DNA of 64,000 bases from Octopus vulgaris (lineage: Eukaryota), in contig OX597823.1 in assembly GCA_951406725.2 (NCBI GenBank), positions 71,858,001 to 71,922,000 of the forward strand. The letters run 5' to 3'. Every line of letters starts with the position of its first letter. Position 1 is the stretch's first letter. Below, piece by piece: positions 55,760 through 64,000 of this stretch. The notes beneath the pieces are model-generated. The model worked only from the letters and a program-made list of their open reading frames with translations, ran no database searches and was not told the origin of the DNA. Position numbers and translations under genes: made by a program.

Positions 55760-56032
55760 TGTGTATGGTCCTGCTCATTTCAAATTTATCACGAAAGAAG
55801 TTAAAGTAGAAACAGACCCCACAACTTTCAAACGGTATCTGAACAAATTCCCCCAGGAAATATCAAATGAACCACCCACACCTGGATACATCTCAGCCAA
55901 CAACAACTCTCTGCTTGAGTGGTCGATGGTGTCCCGAAATAATTGATTAAAAGACTTTTCCAGGTGCTGCTATTGAGTTAGTCATGGCCTGGGCCGATTA
56001 TGGCCGAAACCAATCGAAGTTATCTAAGTTAT
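55760..56032 (+). mobile_element. CR1-clade LINE 3' end
   Basis: [13 protein letters not shown]...[33 protein letters not shown] resembles the FK..LD.FL..IPD.P...GY....NSL terminus. It is followed by a short UTR with a GGCC hairpin and AAGTTAT repeats. Confidence 0.7.
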
Positions 56033-56937
56033 GTACAAGCTGTTTTTTCCATCAACCCACTCTCCTTTACAGTTTGCTTTTCTCTCTTGCCTGTTTAATA
56101 CCCTCGCCCCCTCTAATCCTCGGGTATTCTCTTTCTCAGTATTTAAGACGACTGTGGCACTGACTGATTGACAATACTCCAAAATACACTGTGTTCCGGA
56201 GATTGAAATATCTCACACATACACAAGGGAGACAATAACGGGCAATAGTGGAGCCCTCATTAGGCAGGAAATTAACACCTTCAAACTCACAAACACGTAC
56301 ACGCAGACACACACACACTCATGCATAGACATGCATACATACACACAAGCACTCATTCACAAATATACATACATATACACATACGCACATGCACGCACAT
56401 ACACTACCGCATCAACCTATACGTCATATTTGCCATCGATGTTCCAAAGAAACAATGAATGTGTTGTAGAGTTTCATTGAATCCTACCCTCAACCTATGC
56501 AGTTACAGAACATATTTTTCTGCCCTACTCATTGCATAAACTCACACTTTTCCTTAATGCCTTTGTCCCCCTCCCCCACTTACTCGCTTCGTTTATTTCT
56601 CTTCTTCTTTATTGCATTTTCCTCTCCGTGTCATCAATTTATGTTCAGCGTGCATTTCTAAAGCTCACTCAACTTTATTAATTTTTCTAGTCGTCTAGAT
56701 TTCCACTTTTTTAAAAAATTATATTTTTGTTTCCTTTTTTTATTATTATTATCATTTCTACCCCTGTCGTAATCGTAATTTTAGTAAAATAACAAGTCTG
56801 TGCCCTCATCCAATAACTTCCTCTTTATCACTTTTCCTTCGATATTGTTATTGTTGTATGCAACTGTGATCCCTGGATTCTCCTCTATATTACCTTGCAT
56901 TGCCGCATAGAGACACACACACACACTCTCTCACACA

Positions 56938-56982
<45 letters not shown>

Positions 56983-57724
56983 GTACACACTTCTTTCACG
57001 GTTTGTTCCTCTTCACCACTAATTATTATTCATTCGCCCACATTAACACCCCCCACCGCCTTTTACTTGCTCTCCCTTTCTCAAAATCTGTCACACACAT
57101 CTTCTACCCCAACATTACATCTTTGCACCTTCATCGCGACTGTCATTTGATCTACCCCCACCCCCACCATCACTACCACCACCACCACTATCACCACCAC
57201 CACTACCACCACCACCACACTCACACACGCTACTTTTCTCTTCTGACTGCATTCTCCATTTACACCGGTCTGTATCTCTTTATCAGACCAATAACTTTAT
57301 TACAAAACTGCTTCGGCGGATTAATAACTACCTCTGCTTCAGCAGACAGTACCAAACTTGGCTTCCCTTCCCATAGTTGTTTCTCCCCTAACCTACACTT
57401 AGCCTCAATACAGCGTATAATCCGGCGCTGCTTTTGTTGTTTATGTCGTATTAATGCCACTCCATACTCTATTTCAGAACGTGCTTATAAAAACTATTCC
57501 GATCCCAACTCATACCTTATCATAAATGCTCTCTTCCTATCTAATTTTTAGAATTTAACCTATAACTATATAACAACTGTGTTTCACAATCTCATCATCT
57601 ACCTCAATAGTTTTATTAAGCACAACCTCTACCTCTCTAGCTTCCCACCTTTCTCTTCGCTAAGTCTGATTTGTTATCTCTTCTACAGTTCAACATTGAC
57701 TTCACCGTATTTATCTATTCCAAG

Positions 57725-57955
57725 AGCGGCGAGCTGGCAGAAACGTTAGCACGCCGGGCGAAATGCGTAGCCCTATTTCGTCTGCCGCTACGTTCTGAGT
57801 TCAAATTCCGCCGAGGTCGACTTTGCCTTTCATCCTTTCGGGGTCGATTAAATAAGTACCAGTTCCGTACTTGGGTCGATATAATCGACTTAATCCGTTT
57901 GTCTGTCCTTGTTTGTCTCCTCTGTGTTTAGCCCCATGTGGGTAGTAAAGAAATA
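57725..57955 (+). mobile_element. SINE family B monomer with 19-bp TSD (1 mismatch)
   Basis: CGTATTTA(T/G)CTATTCCAAG at 57706-57724 and 57956-57974. Confidence 0.92.
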
Positions 57956-59427
57956 CGTATTTAGCTATTCCAAGCATTTGTATATACTTCCCCTTTCTCG
58001 AATCAACGACAAAACTGCCTCAAGGTCGAACCTGCTAGAGATAGTAGCCAAATTAATTCTCTCGAAGCACTGCCAATTGTCTTTAAAAAGAAGGTACACA
58101 TTAGTCAATGTGATTCTGGGTGTTGGAAAGAAGTGGTTGGTCTCATATCGAACATCTTCGACCACTGGTTTGTTTGATCAGCGTTGACATGGGAAACAAA
58201 CAATAAAAAAAAAAAACATTATGTGAAGTGGGAGAAACGTGGGAAAAGAATTAGGTTTGCCTTGATTATGGAAACGGCATGGATTTTGATGATGATGATG
58301 ATGTCGATGACGTCGACGACAATGATGATGGGGTGGGGTGGGGGTGATAACTAAAATCCTGATGATAAACTGGTAACAAATTTGATGCTGCCGTTGTGGT
58401 GATGATAATGTTGCTAATACTGAAATTAGCGCCTTTATCATTATCATGACTACTATAGCAACACGCTATTGCACTACAACAGAATCTCATACAATACGAC
58501 AATAGCGACATCAATAGCAACACGATTTGTCGAATAATAACATTCAGAAAATTAAAAAGAAAAAAGAAAAAGAAAAGCGATGTTCTAACGTTAGAATTGG
58601 TTGTTATTCGTCATAAGTCAGAGTTTGAACTAAATATTTTCATCAATGACTTTTTCTAACCATTTTTTGTTGTTGTTTTGTTTATTATTATTTCTTTATA
58701 TACTTCTCACTGCCTTACATCAGTTGCTCCTTCTTAAGAAATAAAAAAAAAATAGGAAAAAAAAAACAGTGAAAGGAAGGAATAACAACTTTGGTAACAA
58801 CAAAACATTAATTTCCCTCGATTTTTTTCTCCCATTTTAAGGTTTGAGTTTTTTTTGTTTTTGCTCGCTAAAAAAAAAAGGAAAGCAGAACAAAAAGCAT
58901 AAAATTATAATAAAAAAAAGATTTCTTCATACTCTTCCACCATTTTACTGCTATTCAAACAGAACTATTATCGGTATTGTGTTGTTTCTTTTCAGCACAG
59001 TTAAACAATAACTTCACTTCATCTTTTCCCTCGTTCTTTACAATATTTATTTGTTTTTGGTATTTTCTTCTCCCCCACCCCCCTCCCAGTAAACCACACC
59101 CAAATCTGAATTGAAAAAAAAAGACATCCACGTCATTGCTCATCAAATAAACAATGAAACCAATGATGAGTTTAACCGAACTTCACGCTTGTCTGGCATG
59201 GGATGTCTTGATTATCAATAAAACTAGAAAGATTTTGGAGGCGCATCGCATTACTTTACGCTTCAGCTCGAAATACCAGAGAGCGGAGAGGAAATAGAGA
59301 CAGGTTAATGACAAGAAAAGAAAAGAAATAAAAGAGATGACAGAAATAAGGTAACATAAGGAAAATTACGTATAAATAAACAAAAATATAACCCAAACAT
59401 TAAAGCATTAGTATTTATGACGACAAC

Positions 59428-59816
59428 TATTCTTTTCTACTCTAGGCACAAGGCCCGAAATTTTTGGCGACTAGGGCTAGTCGATTAGATCGACCCTGTA
59501 CGTTACTGGTACTTACTTTATTGACCCCGACAGGATGAAAAGAAAAGTGGACATCGGCCGAATTTGAACTCAGACGAAATACCTATTTCTTTACTACCCA
59601 CAAGGGGCCAAACACAGAGAGGACAAACAAGGACAGACAAACGGATTAAGTCGATTATATCGGCCCCAGTGCGTAAATGGTACTTATTTAATCGAACCCG
59701 AAAGGATGAAAGGCAAAGTCGACCTCGCGGAATTTGAACTCAGAACATAAAGACAGACGAAATACCGCTAAGCATTTCGCCCGGCGTACTAACGTTCCGG
59801 CCAGCTCGCCGCCCTT
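59428..59816 (-). mobile_element. SINE family B dimer
   Basis: Head at the 59816 end, two body units, alternative tail GTGCCTAGAGTAGAAAAGAATA. Confidence 0.9.
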
Positions 59817-60584
59817 TAAATAAACAAAAAATATAACCCAAACATTAAAGCATTATTATTTATAACGACAAATATTCTTTTCTACTCTAGGCTCAAGGAC
59901 CGAAACCCTCGATGGTCGCGCTCAGTAACAACTTTGACTATTGGTTCGTCGTCTACTTCGAGGCACAATATAGACAGGTAGTAAGTGTCGAGTGGCAGTT
60001 GGTTGGCTGGGATGTTAATGTATACAGGAATCCCTTTTGGCAATCGAAGATAACAAAGTCAAAACGGATATGTTCTGGCCGTATGGACGGAAGAAGTGCG
60101 ATAAGATGCAGTTATTATTCCTGCGATAGCAAAAAATCACGTGAGTGCTTCCTGTTCACGAAGGCATCAAAACAGAAAAGAAAGCGAACAGCAAATTCCA
60201 CAAGACTCATCTCCGACCATGGCCAGCGGTGACTGTGGGGAGACGGTGAATGAGAGTGGTTTGCAGTACCAATACAACAATAAGTAACACCATCTCCACC
60301 TCCGCAAAGAGTCTGAGAATTCTCTCCTTTAAGAAGTTAAAAGTCAACGAACAAGAGCCACTGCTTCTCGTTACCAATAGACCAATTCCACTGTCTTGTA
60401 GTAGTTGGAACATAACGGAAGCCGAAGAGGTGTAAAGCGTTTTTGAAAGGAAAGGATGAAGAGGACCCAACTGAGAAGAAAAGTCAGGGCCGGTCTCAAG
60501 GAGCGTAAAATACAGCAAGAGGACAACAGCAATATAATGAGATTGATGGTCATTCGAAATACAGACTAGTATCTCATAAACGAA

Positions 60585-60798
60585 ATTTGACTGCGACCAT
60601 GCTGGAGCACCGCCTTGAAGGGTTTTTAATCGAACAAATTGACCCAAGGACTTATATTTTTAAAACCTTGAACTTATTTTATAGGTGTCTTTTGCCGAAC
60701 TGCTTAGTTTCGGGGTGAAAACACGCCAACATTGGTTGTCAAGTGATGGTGGGGGAGAAACACAGACACAGCTACGCATACACACACACAGACACTCA

Positions 60799-60851
<53 letters not shown>

Positions 60852-61020
60852 CCATACGACAGGTTTCTTCCAGCTTCCATCTCCCAAACCTACTCACAAG
60901 GCTTAGGTCGGATCGAGGCTATAGTACAAGACACTTGCTCAAGGTGCCACGCAGTGGGACTGAACTCTGAATCATGGGGTTGGGAAGCAAACTTCTTACC
61001 ACGCAGTCACGCCTGCGCCT
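60585..61020 (-). mobile_element. SINE family A, near full length
   Basis: Collinear with 7788-8184. Confidence 0.88.
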
Positions 61021-63012
61021 ACAGGTATGACAACAAAAGATATCGTTTTAAATATTATTTTCCCCTCGCAGTAAAACATTTATTTCAAACATAGCGTTCC
61101 AATACAAGGTTAATGCTCCCCGAAAGAATATGTAGCAAAACAGTTCCTTAACAAAGCCATAAGAGATTTTAATAAACACATAAACTAACAAATTGTAGAA
61201 AAGGAAAAAAATATATAACATTTCAGAAGAAATAAATAAAACGTGACATTACATCAACATACTGGAAAACGACAATGATAATTGTATTCTCCCTCGAAAA
61301 CATTTTCTGAATATAGTTAAAGCCCTATCGTTTGCAAGAGTACTTCGAAACAAAAAGCATTCTCAACATTTCTCGGTTAGAACAAATACATGAGATGTTT
61401 TACTTATAAGACAAGTGCCTTTATGGAACGAGGGAGGCGAAAAGTAACATTCTGGTACCTTTGCAAGGCGATGGGACGATTTTTTTTCTGATTCGTCCAA
61501 GCAGCAATCTGAAGCAATACAGAAGTTAGTTAGGGTGAAGAATCTTCATTGAGTGTGGGAAAACGTATACTAACATATGAGTTATCTTCATACTTATGAC
61601 AAAGCAAAAGCACAAACCCAGATATTACGAGATATTACATTCTTGGTCCCACAATATTTCGGACAAAGAATCAAGAGTACGACCAGCAAGGAGATGGACG
61701 GAGACGTATATTCTTGGCTCGTGGTTAATTTTATGGTGCAATATGGGTAGATGTAACTGTCGGGGATATGCGGTTTAGCGTAGTCGCTGTAGACTCGACG
61801 AAAGTTCTTTAAGAAAGCAGGCACACACACGTGCGCGCGCAAAACGAATGACCCTTGATTAATATGATGATGGAATTCCCTCAGAAAAGCAGCTCATACC
61901 CTGAGAGAGCCTGAAAAACCCTGTTGGCCGACGTTGCAACAAATACCTAATTGAAAAGGCTGAATGACATTAAAGCGAACGAGAGGAATGCTGTATTGGA
62001 TAAGAAAGAGATGAAAAGGAATTATAACCAACACACAAATGATACTGTTGGCAAAAACCACGCCACAAATGTATGTGCAACTAATCAACTGCGTTTGGTT
62101 AATTACCATAAAAGTTATGATCGAAATCTTTTGTTTGCTTCGGTACTGCTAATTAGAAAATGATGTTCAGCTCCACACCAAAAGTACGGAGCGATTTGTT
62201 ATGGGTAATTTAAGTTTGTTCTAGAACCACAATCTAAAGTTAGTTCTTAAAAGCACGAGCTTCATAAGACAAGAATCGTTGATTGTTCTGAAATCAATAC
62301 AGGACGATTACATTAATACGCGCCCGATATCACAATGCTATTGTAACTTTTGCACTGTGGAATTAATATAAGATGTAATGATTTTTCTATAATAAAATTA
62401 ACGACGTTTTTCAAGCCTATCCAAAGGTTCTTGTCGATTCTGTAGCTCCAAACATTCTCAGTACCATGTGTAATCAGAAAAAAATTATCATACTTAAAAT
62501 AAAAGTAATTACTCTTAAAACTTGGATTTAGTTAAAAATGAAAGCAATGGCTTAGGCTAACGATTAGATATCGATAAAAGAGTTTATGTATTGAAAAAAT
62601 ATCTGGCCACGAAATCATTCTTCGATTACCAACTGACAATATCAGGAGGTGTTCACAATAACTTTTGTTCATCATCACCATTACCACCACCACCACCACC
62701 ACCACCATCGACAAATAATATTAACTATAAGCAATTTTACATCTGAAATTAATCCAATGAGCCATATTTCCGGAACACGAAAACGGGTACTCACCAACCC
62801 CCCCCCCACACACACATATACACACACATAAGTATGTATAGCGAGTACTCATTGAATAAATGAATATATATTTATTTCAAAAATATTACGAAAGGATACT
62901 TGAAACACGAGTTAAACTTAATGCGCACGCGTTCATACATTACCATACATTCATTTGTACAGACATATTCATACATGTGTGTGTGTATGTTTGTGTGTAT
63001 GTGTGTGTTTGT

Positions 63013-63075
<63 letters not shown>

Positions 63076-64000
63076 ATTGACCAAATCTCCAAATCTGAGC
63101 CTGTTCATTTTAAACCCTAGCGTTTTACTAGAAAGTGTCTCGAAATTTAGCAATCACGGGAACTGGGTAAAAGAAATAAAATAATAATTCAAACAAAAAG
63201 AACAGCACAAAAGAGTAAGAAAAACGGGTATTAAAGACACAATAAATTACTCATATAAGATGCATTAAGTTTCATGTTAATCAAACTCTGTAACCTACTT
63301 GTTTAATACGAATTAACACTTTGCCTGCCCAAGTTTGTTCTAAACGCCCACACTTGTTTTCAGGTTTCTAGTTAGCCCTCGATTTAGATATTCTAATACA
63401 AAGCTTCCCTTTCAGAAATCTCAAGTTACTCCGCTGGCTGGAAAACATTTGGGAGTGTGCATTATATATAATGCATGGACACCAGGGAAGTAAGACCTGT
63501 ATATCACACGTGATAACGCATGACAAGCAACGGGTTAACATCAATTGTGATATCATCATCATCAACAATACCAGAACAGCATGAAGTTGCAACTACATGC
63601 AACATTATGATAGCCCGCCGCAGATTCCATCCGAGCTAATACCTTTTCGTGATACATGTATGACACACACTGTCGATGTAAGCTAAAACTTTGTCGACTG
63701 TAATTTTTACGAAATATTGATTGAATAAATGATCTACAAATGAGAAGACGAAGGAGATGAAGACGGAAAAATAATGCAAGAAGGACGTTAACGAGAACTA
63801 TGAATGTAAATGAGGAATGGTGTAGGTGCGGAGTGTTGAGTAGATTTTCGCGGAGATAAGAATTTTTATATGGAAACAATTGTTACTTTTCGCTCTTGTA
63901 GAACAGTGCACGTGCAGTTTAATTAAAAATGTCCTTAGTTCAATGATGCATGCTGATGCATTGATAAGTCAGCGTGCTGAAAATAAGAGTCAGTAATCGC

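Noticed and set aside
59906-60580. Higher-complexity segment with several 60-146 aa ORFs
   Set aside because: No recognisable protein motif. Probably an unclassified decayed TE, but I cannot assign it.

Overview
AT-rich, microsatellite- and SINE-dense animal genomic DNA. The repeat families resemble those I recall from octopus/coleoid cephalopods; this is an inference, not checked. The only host gene I can support is tyrosine hydroxylase (TH) on the minus strand. Two regulatory-domain exons (37120-36884, containing RRKSLIEDARFET...KVFE, and 4730-4544, STKLQVMHIETR...) splice in frame across a 32,153-bp intron. The first coding exon and all catalytic exons were not found in the window. Everything else is intronic or flanking: three tRNA-derived SINE families (labelled A, B, C here; several with visible TSDs), decayed LINEs (RTE, R4/Dong, Vingi/Ingi-like, CR1), three mariner relics, non-autonomous Helitrons and very long (TA)n tracts. 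The most interesting non-coding signals are: several unrelated type I hammerhead-ribozyme motifs of the Penelope-like-element kind, all antisense to TH; a tRNA-headed SINE whose tail carries a hammerhead core; and two long inverted repeats sitting inside (TA)n tracts. Almost all ORFs in the supplied track are microsatellite artefacts. All alignments and folds were done by eye.
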